Below are positions 1 through 9,831 of a stretch of DNA of 64,000 nt, piece after piece. Source of the stretch: an uncultured Gammaproteobacteria bacterium (GTDB lineage Bacteria; Pseudomonadota; Gammaproteobacteria; Steroidobacterales; Rariloculaceae); the NCBI GenBank assembly GCA_963702105.1, contig OY969712.1, forward strand, positions 4,617,971-4,681,970, given 5' to 3'. A program made the position numbers and the translations under genes. The notes beneath the pieces are model-generated. The model was not told the DNA's origin. It did not search any database and saw nothing but the letters and a program-made list of their open reading frames with translations. Positions within the stretch are counted from its first letter, which is position 1, and the number at the start of each line of letters is the position of its first letter.

Positions 1-399
1 GGCGCGGCGCAGGCCTGCCTCGCCGAGCTCCTCGACTACACGAGTACGCGCGAACTCTTCGGCAAGCCCCTCTCCAAGACGCAGGCCATCCAACTGCGCC
101 TCGCCGACATGGCCCGCCGCATCGCCGGCGCCCAGCTCATCGCCCTGCGCCTCGGCCGCCTCAAGGACGCGGGCCGCATGGATCCCGCGCAGGTCTCGCT
201 CGCGAAATGGAACAACGTCCGCATGGCGCTCAACGTCGCGCGGGATTGCCGCGACATGCTCGGCGCCGCCGGTATCAGCGCCGAGCACTGCCCGATCCGG
301 CACATGCTGAACCTCGAGAGCGTCATCACGTACGAGGGGACGGAGACGGTCCACGAGCTCGTCGTCGGACGGGCGCTGACGGGGGCGGCTGCGTTTTAG
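1..399 (+). CDS. acyl-CoA dehydrogenase, C-terminal fragment (glutaryl-CoA dehydrogenase-like); 5' end outside window
   Basis: Frame 1 is open from nt 1 and runs into listed ORF 109..399. The C-terminus ..IRHMLNLESVITYEGTETVHELVVGRALTG.. resembles the conserved ACAD/GcdH C-terminal region (by eye, no search). Confidence 0.75.
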   Translation, partial: GAAQACLAELLDYTSTRELFGKPLSKTQAIQLRLADMARRIAGAQLIALRLGRLKDAGRMDPAQVSLAKWNNVRMALNVARDCRDMLGAAGISAEHCPIRHMLNLESVITYEGTETVHELVVGRALTGAAAF

Positions 400-454
400 C
401 GCGCCAGCTTTGCTTTTCCCGAGCCTGCCGCCCCCCGCGGACCTCGGCTCGAGA

Positions 455-901
455 CTACGTATGCATGACGAACCGCGCCCGCCGCTCGCCGAGGTACCAG
501 AGGCCGTCGATCCGCACGAAGCGATCCTCGAACTCGCCGAGCAGCTTGCGCGCCTCGCTCGTGAGCCCGAGCTTCTTGTCGCCCATGCCCGAGGCGTCCG
601 CCGTGTAGAGCAGCACGTAGGTCAGCCCTCGCGCCGTCGTCGCCGTCTCGGCGTGGATCAGTATGTTCGTGCAAAGATGCCGCGTGACGCGCGTGGACGG
701 GCGCGTGAGGTACGAGTCGACGATGGCTTCGCGGCCTTGCAGCGGTTCTCCCGCGGGGCGGTGCAGCACGCCGTCGGGCGCGAAGAGCTCGGCGAACCCC
801 TCGAAGTCCTGCCGGTCGTTCGCCGCGGCGGATTCGAGCACGAGTCGTGTGCAGGCGCGCTCGATGAGCAGCCGGGCTTCGTCCGTGAGCGGTGCATCCA
901 T
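455..901 (-). CDS. SnoaL-like / NTF2-fold protein
   Basis: ORF 455..958. I chose the internal ATG at 901 (MDAPLTDEARLL..). Size (~148 aa) and sequence style fit SnoaL/NTF2-like proteins. Family call by eye only. Confidence 0.5.
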   Translation of the reverse strand: MDAPLTDEARLLIERACTRLVLESAAANDRQDFEGFAELFAPDGVLHRPAGEPLQGREAIVDSYLTRPSTRVTRHLCTNILIHAETATTARGLTYVLLYTADASGMGDKKLGLTSEARKLLGEFEDRFVRIDGLWYLGERRARFVMHT

Positions 902-967
902 GCGGGAAGGATAGCCCACGGACCCCCTCGGTCTCCAGGAGGGACCCAGGCAGGCCACCCGTGCGCG

Positions 968-3127
968 CTAGGGCTGCATGGCGACCTCGATGTCGCCGCG
1001 GAAATCGGTCACGGATACGGCCGCCCGGCCGTGCTCGCGCATGAACTCGAGGTTCACGCTCGCGTCCCCGAGCCTCACGCCCTCGAGGCGCACCCAGTCG
1101 AGATACGGAGGCAACACCGGGTGCTCGATGCAGGCCTTGTGCGCGTGGGCGTCGACCTCAAGGCCTAAGACCGCGTCGAGCAGGCTCAAGGCGGCGACGC
1201 TCGACCAGGCCTGGGGCGCACAGGACTCGGCGTAGTCGGCGGGCCGCTTGGCCGGCCGGCGAGCGAAGCCGCAAAAGAGCTCCGGCATGCGATGCAGCGG
1301 CATGAACAGCGAGGCGTCGAAAAGCCCCGTGAGCAGGCGCACCGCCTCGTCCCGGAAGCCGTAGCGTGCCAGTCCCATGCCGACGAGCGCGGTGTCGTGC
1401 GGCCAGATGGAGCCGTTGTGGTAGGACATTGGGTTGTAGCGCCGCTCGTCGGTGCCCAGCGTCCGGATGCCCCAGCCCGAGTACATGGCCGGGCTCATGA
1501 GCGTTTCGACGAGCCGCGGCGCGAGCTCCTCGGGCACGATCCCGGTCAGCAGCAGCTGGCCCGCGTTCGAGGCCAATACGCGGCAAGGCTGCTTGGCGCC
1601 GTCGAGCGCGAGCGCGAACGTGCCGTGCTCGCCGCTCCAATAGGCGTCGACGAAGCGCTCGCGCAGACGGCCGGCCTCGCGCCGGAGCCTTTCAGCGGCA
1701 GCCGCGTCGCCCCGCACGCCGGCGAGACGCGCCGCCGCGAGCTTGGCCGCGTACACGTAGCCCTGCACCTCGCACAGCGCGATGGGGCCCTCGGCGAGAC
1801 GGCCGTCGGCGTGCGAGATCGCATCCTCGGAATCCTTCCACCCTTGGTTGCGCAGCCCGCCCGCGCTCTCGCGGCGATACTCGACGAAGCCGTCCCCGTC
1901 CACGTCGCCGTCGGCCTCGATCCAACCCAGCGCGGCCTCGACGGCCGGCCAGATCTCCTCGAGCAGACCGCGGTCCTCGGTCCGATCGAAATAGGCCCCG
2001 GCCAACATGACGAACAGCGGCGTCGCGTCGACGCTCCCGTAGTAGGCGCCGAAGGGCACCTCCCCGAGGCGCGCCATTTCGCTCCTCCGAGTCTCGTGCA
2101 GAATCTTGCCCGGCGCGGCGTCGCGCCGCGCGTCGCGCTCGCGCGCCTGGGTCGCGGCGAGAAACCGCAGCACGCCCTTCGCGAGCTCCGGATAGAACCA
2201 CAGGCACTGCAGCGCCGTGATGAGGCCGTCCCGGCCGAAAGCGGTGTTGAACCACGGAATCCCGGCATAGGGATACAGGCCGTGCTCGGTCTGCGTCGTG
2301 AGCAAGTGCAGGTCGCTGACCGAGCGGTTCAGCCATTGATTGAACAGCTCGTTGCTCGTCGCGATGCGCACGGTGTCCGCGAATCTCCGCCGTTGCGCCC
2401 GCCGCGCCGACCGGTAGCTGTCCTTCAGAGACGGCGGCGAGAAGTTCGGCCCGGGCGGCTCGTACTGACGGGCGACGATCCGCATGGTGAGCGTGGCTTT
2501 GCCGCGCGCCTGCAGCTTGAGCTCGTGGAACGAGGCCGTCGGCGTGAGCCGGTCGGGCCGCTGATCGAACCATAGCGTCGTGTCCCGGCGCAACCCGTCG
2601 CGGCCGATATAGCCGAGCCGCACGTAGCGCCGATCGCCCTCGACGGGCAGAATCTCCCCGCGCAGGGGGCGCGATTGGCCGCGCACTTCGAAGATGTCGA
2701 GATAGTCCGCGTCGAACACGTGCTGCAGGACGACGAGCAGCGGCTCCGGGCTGAAGCTGTGAACGGCGATGCGCTCGAACAGCGTCTTGTCCCAGACGAA
2801 GAGATCCCGCGAGAGGTGTATCTGCTCGCGCAACAGCGGCCGCTGATCGCCGACGCCGTACACGTCGGGGTTCGCGAGGTCGATACTGAGCAGCGCGTTG
2901 TCGTGCGTGAGGTTGGCGGCGAGGCGCAGCGGCCTAGCTCCCCCGACTCGCAGCTCGAACTGCGAAAGATGCCGAGTGTCGTTGACGTAGAAGCCGTGAT
3001 CGAGATGGCGGTCCGTGCGGATGTCGCCCCCCGAGTCGGCCACGACGAACGCGTCGTCGCGCTTAAGGACCACGTCGCGCGAGGCCGGCTTCGTCTCGTG
3101 CTTCTGCGGTTGCGGCGCCTCGCTCAT
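968..3127 (-). CDS. amylo-alpha-1,6-glucosidase / glycogen-debranching-enzyme-like protein (GDE_N + alpha/alpha-barrel)
   Basis: 719-aa ORF. Motifs GIPWFNTAFGRDGLITALQ, GWKDSEDAISHADG and YHNGSIWPHDTA are typical of this family. It starts 23 nt after the upstream GT4 stop, same strand. Confidence 0.75.
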   Translation of the reverse strand: MSEAPQPQKHETKPASRDVVLKRDDAFVVADSGGDIRTDRHLDHGFYVNDTRHLSQFELRVGGARPLRLAANLTHDNALLSIDLANPDVYGVGDQRPLLREQIHLSRDLFVWDKTLFERIAVHSFSPEPLLVVLQHVFDADYLDIFEVRGQSRPLRGEILPVEGDRRYVRLGYIGRDGLRRDTTLWFDQRPDRLTPTASFHELKLQARGKATLTMRIVARQYEPPGPNFSPPSLKDSYRSARRAQRRRFADTVRIATSNELFNQWLNRSVSDLHLLTTQTEHGLYPYAGIPWFNTAFGRDGLITALQCLWFYPELAKGVLRFLAATQARERDARRDAAPGKILHETRRSEMARLGEVPFGAYYGSVDATPLFVMLAGAYFDRTEDRGLLEEIWPAVEAALGWIEADGDVDGDGFVEYRRESAGGLRNQGWKDSEDAISHADGRLAEGPIALCEVQGYVYAAKLAAARLAGVRGDAAAAERLRREAGRLRERFVDAYWSGEHGTFALALDGAKQPCRVLASNAGQLLLTGIVPEELAPRLVETLMSPAMYSGWGIRTLGTDERRYNPMSYHNGSIWPHDTALVGMGLARYGFRDEAVRLLTGLFDASLFMPLHRMPELFCGFARRPAKRPADYAESCAPQAWSSVAALSLLDAVLGLEVDAHAHKACIEHPVLPPYLDWVRLEGVRLGDASVNLEFMREHGRAAVSVTDFRGDIEVAMQP

Positions 3128-3149
3128 GATCTTCCGCGACTGCCTCCGC

Positions 3150-4280
3150 TCAGGAGGCGGCCCGCACGCCGCGGTCGAGCATCTCGGAATAGATTTCGAG
3201 ATAGCCGCTCACCATGCGTTCGCTCGAAAACCGCTCGGCAAAGCGCGCGCGGATGACCGAGCGGTCCAGCTCGGCGAGCCGCTCGACGGCCGCCACGGCC
3301 TCGCCGCGGTTCGCGACGACGAAGCCCGTGACGCCGTGCTCGACGATCTCGGGCACGGAGCCGTGACCGTACGCGATCGTCGGCGTGCCGCAGCCCATCG
3401 CTTCGATCATCGTGAGCCCGAAGGGCTCGGGCCAGTCGATGGGCAACAGATTGCCGAGCGCCCCGCCGAGCAGGGCCTGCTTCTCGCGGTCGCCGATCTC
3501 GCCGAGGTATTCGACGTGCGGCTCGGCCAGCATGGGCCTGATCACGGTCTCGAAGTAGTCGACGTCGAGCGGATCGACCTTGGCGGCGATCTTGAGCGCG
3601 ACGCCGGCCTCGCGCGCGATCGCGATCGCCCGATCCGGACGCTTTTCCGGGCAGATCCTGCCGAGGAAGACGAGGTAGCCGTCGTGCCGCGCCGAGTACC
3701 GGAACTCCTCGCTGGGGTAACCGTGATAGACGTTGCCGACCCAATTGAGCCAGGGCAGCGGACGACGTTGCGCCAGCGAGATCGAGATGGCCGGTGCGTC
3801 GATGAACTCGCGCATGAGCGCGGCCGTGTCGGGCAGGTCGAGACGGCCGTGCAGCGTCGTCACGGCGGAGGGCAGCACATGCCGCGCCGCGGAGTAGTGC
3901 AGCATACCGTCGTGAAAGTGGACGATATCGTAACGTCCGGAATCGCGGATGACCTGCTCGATCTGCAGCAAATGATACGGCAGCGGATCCTCGCAGGCCC
4001 GGTCGAGCCGCAGGCTGCGCGGCACGACGGGGCGGAGCCGCGCGCTCGTGACCGAATCGCCCGTGGCATACAGCGTCACCTCGCAGCCGAGCGCCACGAG
4101 CTCCTCCGTGAGCACGGCCACGACGCGTTCCGTGCCGCCGTAGCCCCGAGGCGGAACGCTCTCCATGAGGGGCGGCACCTGCGCGACTCTGAGCCCGGCG
4201 AAGCCACCGCGGCGCGGGGACCGGCGGCCCGTGGATGCGGGGCCTTCGCCGAAAGGGGAACCGTGCTCATGCCGCCGCAT
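3150..4280 (-). CDS. GT4-family (group 1) glycosyltransferase
   Basis: ORF 3150..4511. ATG 4280 chosen because it lies downstream of the nrdB stop (4369). N-terminal ..ESVPPRGYGGTERVV.. and C-terminal ..PEPFGLTMIEAMGCGTPTIA.. are GT4-like. The exact start is uncertain. Confidence 0.75.
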   Translation of the reverse strand: MRRHEHGSPFGEGPASTGRRSPRRGGFAGLRVAQVPPLMESVPPRGYGGTERVVAVLTEELVALGCEVTLYATGDSVTSARLRPVVPRSLRLDRACEDPLPYHLLQIEQVIRDSGRYDIVHFHDGMLHYSAARHVLPSAVTTLHGRLDLPDTAALMREFIDAPAISISLAQRRPLPWLNWVGNVYHGYPSEEFRYSARHDGYLVFLGRICPEKRPDRAIAIAREAGVALKIAAKVDPLDVDYFETVIRPMLAEPHVEYLGEIGDREKQALLGGALGNLLPIDWPEPFGLTMIEAMGCGTPTIAYGHGSVPEIVEHGVTGFVVANRGEAVAAVERLAELDRSVIRARFAERFSSERMVSGYLEIYSEMLDRGVRAAS

Positions 4281-4368
4281 ACCGAACTCCTTTTCGGCCC
4301 TACGCCCACAGCGCAGGTCCCGCTGCAACTCGCGTGCCACGGGCGGCGGCGCGTGCCGCGGCGAAGGC

Positions 4369-5427
4369 TCAGCTGCTTGCGATGAGCTCCATTTGGCCGC
4401 GCCGAGCAATGCGCGCGTCGAAAACGCCCCATGCGCCGGCCTCGCCGTGCCATTCGCCGCCGGTCGCGGCTTTGGCATATTCCGTGGCGCGCGTTTCGAA
4501 AAAGTTGGCATGCTCGACGCCGTTTAGGATCTCGGTGAGCCAGGGCAGCGGGTGCTCGCGCAGGCCGTAGAGCTCGGGAAGTCCGAGCTGGCGCAGGCGC
4601 CAGTCGGCCACATAGCGGATGTAGCGTTTGACCTCTTCTGCCGCGAGGCCCTCGATCGGCCCCATCTCGAACGCGAGATCGATGAAGCGGTCCTCGAGCG
4701 CGACCACCGTGCGCGCGCAGTCCACGATGTCGTCGCGCACGGCGGCCGTGAGCGCGCCGGTCTCGCCCGCGAACGCGTGAAACAGACGGATCACTCCGTC
4801 CGCGTGCAGCGTCTCGTCGCGCACGGACCACGAGACGATCTGGCCCATGCCGCGCATCTTGTTGTGCCGCGGGAAGTTCAGCAGGATCGCGAAGCTCGCG
4901 AAGAGCTGGAGGCCCTCGGTGAAGCCGCCGAACATCGCGAGCGTGCGCAGAATATCGGCCTCGCTGTCCACGCCGAAGCGCTGCATGTAGTCGTGCTTGT
5001 CGCGCATCGCGGCATAGTCCATGAACGCCGCGAACTCGGAGTCCGGCATGCCGAGCGTCTCGAGCAGCAGAGCGTAGGCCACGATGTGCACGGTCTCCAT
5101 GTTCGCGAAGGCCGCGAGCATCATTTTGATCTCGGTGGGCCGGAACACCCGCGCGTAACGCTCGAGGTAGTTGTCCTGCACCTCGACGTCGGATTGCGTA
5201 AAGAATCGAAATACCTGCGTCAGCAGATTGCGCTCAGCGTCGCTGAGCCGCATCGCCCAGTCTTTGCAGTCCTCGCCGAGCGGCACCTCCTCGGGCAGCC
5301 AGTGAATCTGCTGCTGGCGCCGCCAGAAATCGATGGCCCACGGGTAGCGGAACGGCTTGTAGCTCGTGCTCGGTATCATGAGACCCGGGCGGCGCAGAAG
5401 CTCGAGCTGAGGGTCGAGGGCGGGCAT
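4369..5427 (-). CDS. nrdB: class I ribonucleotide reductase, beta (R2) subunit
   Basis: 352 aa. Ferritin-like di-iron motifs FTQSDVEV and ANMETVHIVAY (Glu..His...Tyr spacing of the radical tyrosine). AGGAG Shine-Dalgarno upstream of the ATG. Confidence 0.9.
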   Translation of the reverse strand: MPALDPQLELLRRPGLMIPSTSYKPFRYPWAIDFWRRQQQIHWLPEEVPLGEDCKDWAMRLSDAERNLLTQVFRFFTQSDVEVQDNYLERYARVFRPTEIKMMLAAFANMETVHIVAYALLLETLGMPDSEFAAFMDYAAMRDKHDYMQRFGVDSEADILRTLAMFGGFTEGLQLFASFAILLNFPRHNKMRGMGQIVSWSVRDETLHADGVIRLFHAFAGETGALTAAVRDDIVDCARTVVALEDRFIDLAFEMGPIEGLAAEEVKRYIRYVADWRLRQLGLPELYGLREHPLPWLTEILNGVEHANFFETRATEYAKAATGGEWHGEAGAWGVFDARIARRGQMELIASS

Positions 5428-5559
5428 GGCAACTCCTACCGGCGAAAAGGGGTCAGAGCCCTTTTCGGAGGATAAAGGGCTTTGATCCGGGCTTTGCTCC
5501 GGGCGGTGTCACGGGCCCAGACACGAGTTTTGTTCCGGGCTGCGACCGCTTCTTCCGCT

Positions 5560-7440
5560 TCATTGGCAGGCCAGGCATTCGTCGTACTTCGTCACGTCGG
5601 CCTTGAGCGGGCGCTCGGGCCAGCGGCGCGTGTTGTCGCCCTCGACGCCCGCGAAGCCCGCGCGCTGCACGGACTTCGAGCGGCAGTAATAGAGGCTCTT
5701 GATGCCCCGCTCCCAGGCCGTCCAGTGCAGCATGAGCAGGTCCCACTTGTGCAGGTCGCTGTGCAGGAACAGGTTCAGGGATTGTCCCTGACAGATCGAG
5801 GGCGCGCGGTCGGCCGCGAGCTCGATGATCCAGCGCTGGTCGATCTCGAAGGCCGTGCGGAATACGGCCTTCTCGTGCTCGTCGAGGACGTCGAGGTGCT
5901 GCACCGAGCCTTCGTGCTCGAGGATCGAGCGCCAGGTCTCGGCCGTATCGAGCCCCTTGGCGGCGAGGCGCGCTGCGAGCGCCGGGTTTTTGACCGTAAA
6001 CGAGCCCGAGAGCGTCTTGTGCGTATAGATGTTGGCCGGGATCGGCTCGATGCACGCGCTCGTGCCGCCGCAGATGATGCTGATGCTCGCCGTCGGCGCG
6101 ATGGCGAGCTTGCTGCTGAAGCGCTCGGCGACGCCGCAGTCCGCCGCGTCGGGGCACGGACCGCGCTCGGCCGCGAGCCTCCGCGAGGCAGCGTCGGCTT
6201 CCGCACGCAGATGGCCGAACATCGCCAAATTCCAGCTCTTCGCGAGCGCGCTCTCGAACGCGATGCCGCGCGCCTGCAGGAACGAGTGAAAACCCATGGC
6301 GCCGAGCCCCACGCTGCGCTCCCGCCAGGCCGAGTAGCGCGCCTGCTCCATGCCGGCCGGCGCGCGTTCGATGAAGTCGTCGAGCACGTTGTCGAGGAAC
6401 CGCATGAGGTCCTCGACGAAGGCGGGCTCGCCCCTCCATTCGTCCCACTTCTCGAGGTTGACGGAGGACAGGCAGCAGACGGCCGTACGCGGCTCGCCCA
6501 GATGATCGCGGCCCGTCGGCAGCAGGATCTCACTGCAGAGGTTCGACTGCCGAACGGCGAGGCCGAGCTCGCGCTGATGCGGTGCGAGCGCGCGGTTCGC
6601 GGCGTCCACGAAAAGCAGGTACGGCTCGCCGGTCTGCAGGCGCGTCTCGAGGATCTTCTGCCACAGCAGCCGCGCCGAGACGGACTTCAGGGGCCGCCCG
6701 GTCGCCGGGCTGCGCAGCGTGAAGGCGCGATCGTCGCGCACGCATTCCATGAACTCGTCGGTCACGCAGACGCCGTGGTGCAGATTCAGGCTCTTGCGGT
6801 TGAAGTCCCCCGAGGGCTTGCGGATCTCGACGAACTCCTCGATCTCGGGATGGTGCACGTCGAGGTAGACGGCGGCCGAGCCGCGGCGCAGCGAACCCTG
6901 GGAGATCGCGAGCGTCAGCGAATCCATGACGCGCACGAACGGAATGATTCCCGAGGTCTGCCCGTTGGCCTTGACGGTCTCGCCGATCGAGCGCACGGCG
7001 CCCCAGTAAGTGCCGATGCCGCCGCCATTCGACGCGAGCCAGACGTTCTCGGTCCAGGTGCCGACGATCGCGTCGAGGCTGTCCTCGACCGCGTTGAGAA
7101 AGCACGAGATCGGCAGGCCCCTTTCCGTGCCGCCGTTGCTGAGCACGGGCGTCGCAGGCATGAACCACAGCTTCGACATATAGTCGTAAAGCCGCTGCGC
7201 ATGGGCCGTATCGTCGGCATAGGCGCGGGCGACCCGCGCGAACAGATCCTGGAATGACTCGCCCGGCAGCAGGTAGCGGTCCTCGAGCGTCGCCCGCCCG
7301 AAAGCGGTCAGCAGCGCGTCGCGTTCGTGATCCGTCGTTACCGCGCCCACGGTGCGCCTCCGGGGCCGGCCGCTCTGCACGCTCGTCAGCGAATGCCGGG
7401 CGGCCGTTCGCGATCTCGTCGTTGCCGTGGACTCGGTCAT
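5560..7440 (-). CDS. nrdA: class I ribonucleotide reductase, alpha (R1) subunit
   Basis: ORF 5560..7533. ATG 7440 is preceded by AAGAGG. Active-site SNLCSEI, C-terminal redox pair ..CLACQ. Followed by nrdB on the same strand. Confidence 0.85.
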   Translation of the reverse strand: MTESTATTRSRTAARHSLTSVQSGRPRRRTVGAVTTDHERDALLTAFGRATLEDRYLLPGESFQDLFARVARAYADDTAHAQRLYDYMSKLWFMPATPVLSNGGTERGLPISCFLNAVEDSLDAIVGTWTENVWLASNGGGIGTYWGAVRSIGETVKANGQTSGIIPFVRVMDSLTLAISQGSLRRGSAAVYLDVHHPEIEEFVEIRKPSGDFNRKSLNLHHGVCVTDEFMECVRDDRAFTLRSPATGRPLKSVSARLLWQKILETRLQTGEPYLLFVDAANRALAPHQRELGLAVRQSNLCSEILLPTGRDHLGEPRTAVCCLSSVNLEKWDEWRGEPAFVEDLMRFLDNVLDDFIERAPAGMEQARYSAWRERSVGLGAMGFHSFLQARGIAFESALAKSWNLAMFGHLRAEADAASRRLAAERGPCPDAADCGVAERFSSKLAIAPTASISIICGGTSACIEPIPANIYTHKTLSGSFTVKNPALAARLAAKGLDTAETWRSILEHEGSVQHLDVLDEHEKAVFRTAFEIDQRWIIELAADRAPSICQGQSLNLFLHSDLHKWDLLMLHWTAWERGIKSLYYCRSKSVQRAGFAGVEGDNTRRWPERPLKADVTKYDECLACQ

Positions 7441-7496
7441 CTCGTTACCTCTTGAGCGGCCGTCGACGGGCCCGCGGTCGTGCTCGGGGAGCTTGA

Positions 7497-7533
7497 ACAC
7501 AAGATATTGTGTTTCAGAAGGCATGACTGTCAA
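7497..7533 (-). promoter_or_regulatory. nrdAB promoter with NrdR box
   Basis: Minus strand: TTGACA (7533..7528), ~18 nt, then CAATAT. The 16-nt near-palindrome ACACAATATCTTGTGT (7512..7497, 7 of 8 symmetric pairs) fits the NrdR-box consensus acaCwAtATaTwGtgt. It lies 57 nt upstream of the nrdA ATG in an AT-rich island. Confidence 0.6.
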
Positions 7534-7690
7534 TATCTAGTCAAAACGAGGCCGCGGAGCCCGTCCTGGCCGGCCTCGGGTCGCAGCTTGGCGGCGCGCG
7601 CGCGCGCCGAGCGCAGGGACCCGGCGGGCCGCGAACCTCCGGGTCGGCGCGCGCTCGACGGCCCGAGGTCCCCGAGTCTATGGTGAGCGT

Positions 7691-8212
7691 ATGGAAGCCG
7701 TTCGCCTGCGCCCCCTCCGCCTCGAGGACGCCTCGAGCATTTACGCCTCGATCGAGGAGTCGCGCGCCGAAATCGCCCGCTGGATGGACTGGTGCCGGCC
7801 GGGCTACGACCTCGTCGCGACGGAGAAGTGGATCGCGGCCACCGCGCGCGCGAGGCAGGACGGCACGGGCTTCGAGTTCGGCATCTTCGGCCCCCAGGGC
7901 TTCCTCGGGACCATCGGCGTCAATCAGATCAACCCTCACGAGCGCTTCGCGAACGTGGGCTATTGGGTCCGCACGTCGGCGACCGGACGCGGCACGGCGA
8001 CGGCGGCCGTCAAGCTCGTCGCGCAGTGGGCCTTCCTGAGCACCGAGCTGCAGCGGCTCGAGATCGTCGCCGCCGTGGACAACGCCGCGAGCCGGCGGGT
8101 CGCCGAGAAGGCGGGCGCGGCACGCGAGGGCAGGCTGCGCTCGCGGATCTGCGTCTGCGGCAAGTTCTACGACGCTTTCATGTTCTCGATCGTTCGCGGC
8201 GACCGGCTCTGA
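7691..8212 (+). CDS. GNAT N-acetyltransferase (RimJ/RimL-like)
   Basis: 173 aa. ..LRLEDASSIY.., ..NVGYWVRTSATGRGTATAAV.., ..NAASRRVAEKAGAAREG.. are typical of the RimJ/RimL-type GNAT fold. Confidence 0.8.
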   Translation: MEAVRLRPLRLEDASSIYASIEESRAEIARWMDWCRPGYDLVATEKWIAATARARQDGTGFEFGIFGPQGFLGTIGVNQINPHERFANVGYWVRTSATGRGTATAAVKLVAQWAFLSTELQRLEIVAAVDNAASRRVAEKAGAAREGRLRSRICVCGKFYDAFMFSIVRGDRL

Positions 8213-8227
8213 CCTGCCGAGCCGCTG

Positions 8228-8866
8228 CTACGTCGCGGCCCGCGCACGCTTGCCGGCCGCACGCCCCGGCTTCTGCAGCCAGTTGGGCACACGGATCGCG
8301 AGCAGCGCGAGCAGGAAGGCGGCGTACATGACGGGCAGCCGGATGTCCGACTTCACGAGCCAGTAGTAGTGGATCACGCCCGCGGCCGCGCTGACGTAGA
8401 CAAGGCGGTGCAGCGTCTGCCAGCGGCGGTAGCCGAGCCGGCGCACCCAGCCCGCCGTCGAGGTGATCGCGAGCGGCACCATCGCGAGATAGCCGAGCAT
8501 GCCGACGGTGATGTACTTGCGCTTGATGACGTCCGCGATCATCGCGTTCACGTCGAGCTGCTGATCGAGCCCGAGCCACGTCAGCATGTGCAGACAGCCG
8601 TAGAAGAAGGCGAAGAGCCCGAGCATCCTGCGGAAGCGCGTGAGGACGGGACGCTTGAGCATCATACGTAACGGCGTGACGGCCAGCGTGATGAGCAGGA
8701 AGCGCAGCGTCCAGTTGCCCGTGAAGTGCGTGATGTACTCGATCGGGTTCGCCGTGAGATCCCGTGCAACGAAGGCCTGCCACGCGAGGAACAGGAACGG
8801 CACGAGAGCAAGGGCGAAGACGACGACCTTCGCCCAGGGGTTCGTGAGGACGCGGTTGATATTCAA
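8228..8866 (-). CDS. msrQ: protein-methionine-sulfoxide reductase heme-binding membrane subunit
   Basis: C-terminal ~212 aa of ORF 8228..9799 (..NPWAKVVVFALALVPFLFLAWQ..FTGNWTLRFLLITLAVTPL..) is MsrQ/YedZ-like. The probable TTG start (8866..8864) overlaps the msrP stop. Start codon uncertain. Confidence 0.75.
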   Translation of the reverse strand: MNINRVLTNPWAKVVVFALALVPFLFLAWQAFVARDLTANPIEYITHFTGNWTLRFLLITLAVTPLRMMLKRPVLTRFRRMLGLFAFFYGCLHMLTWLGLDQQLDVNAMIADVIKRKYITVGMLGYLAMVPLAITSTAGWVRRLGYRRWQTLHRLVYVSAAAGVIHYYWLVKSDIRLPVMYAAFLLALLAIRVPNWLQKPGRAAGKRARAAT

Positions 8867-9831
8867 TAGTACTTTTTGATCAGGTCCATGCCCTTGTACA
8901 TGTGGGCGACCTGGTCTCCGTAGCCGTTGAAGATCACCGTGTCGATACGCGTGCCGAGGCCCAGGAAGCCGCCGCCGAGACGCTGCTCGTGCTTCTGGCT
9001 CCAGCGCGGGTGATCGCGGTTCGGATTCACGTTGGAATAGAAGCCGTACTCGTTCGGCGCGTACTCGTTCCACGTCGAAGCCGGCTGGCGCTCCGTGAAG
9101 TTGACCTTGACGATGGACTTGATGCTCTTGAAGCCGTACTTCCAGGGCACGTTGATGCGTACGGGCGCACCGTCCTGGTTCGGCAGCGTCTCGCCGTACA
9201 TGCCGAAGGTCAGCATGGTCAGCGGGTGCATGGCCTCGTCGAGCCGCAGGCCCTCCACATACGGGAACGGAATGCCGGCCTGCCGCGGCGAGAGCATGAC
9301 CTTCGGATCGTAGTAAGTCTCGAAGGCCACGAACTTGGCCTTGCCGAGCGGCTCGACCTGCTTGAGCAGCTCGCTGAGCGAGAAGCCGATCCAGGGCACG
9401 ACGATCGACCACGCCTCGACGCAGCGGTGGCGGTAGATGCGCTCCTCGAGCGGCGCGAGCTTCATGACGTCGTCGAGGCTCAGCGTCTTCGGCTTCTGCA
9501 CGTCGCCGCCGATCGCGATCTTCCAGTCCGGATCGGGATGCCAGGCCGGCGCGTTGCGCGACGGATCCTCCTTGCCCGTGCCGAACTCGTAGTAATTGTT
9601 GTAGGTCGTGACCGACTTCTCGGGCGTCAGCATGTCCTGCAGCAGCTCGTGATACTTGCCGGACTTGTCGACGTTGGAGAGCTTTCCCGGGCTCCAGGCC
9701 GAAGCCGCGGCCGGCAGGGCCATGGCGCCGATGAGCCCCGCGCCGGCGCCGAGCAGCTTGCGCCGGTTCAGGTAGACGTCTCTTGGAGTCACGTCGCAAT
9801 ACCTGAGATCTGCGGGCTTACGAATCGACAT
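8863..9831 (-). CDS. msrP: protein-methionine-sulfoxide reductase molybdopterin catalytic subunit
   Basis: Last 322 aa of ORF 8863..11766 (MSIRKPADL..RRKLLGAGAGL Tat signal ..YRHRCVEAWS..VPWKYGFKSIKS..). ATG 9831 is preceded by GGAGGGGAGAG. The rest of that 967-aa ORF is antisense to an MFS gene and is discarded. Confidence 0.9.
   Translation of the reverse strand: MSIRKPADLRYCDVTPRDVYLNRRKLLGAGAGLIGAMALPAAASAWSPGKLSNVDKSGKYHELLQDMLTPEKSVTTYNNYYEFGTGKEDPSRNAPAWHPDPDWKIAIGGDVQKPKTLSLDDVMKLAPLEERIYRHRCVEAWSIVVPWIGFSLSELLKQVEPLGKAKFVAFETYYDPKVMLSPRQAGIPFPYVEGLRLDEAMHPLTMLTFGMYGETLPNQDGAPVRINVPWKYGFKSIKSIVKVNFTERQPASTWNEYAPNEYGFYSNVNPNRDHPRWSQKHEQRLGGGFLGLGTRIDTVIFNGYGDQVAHMYKGMDLIKKYY

Noticed and set aside
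7526-7541. Possible second NrdR box (ACTGTCAATATCTAGT) upstream of the first.
   Set aside because: Only ~9-10 of 16 positions fit the consensus, only the outer GACT/AGTC arms are symmetric, and the centre-to-centre distance is 29 bp rather than the usual ~31-32. It is mentioned but not called.
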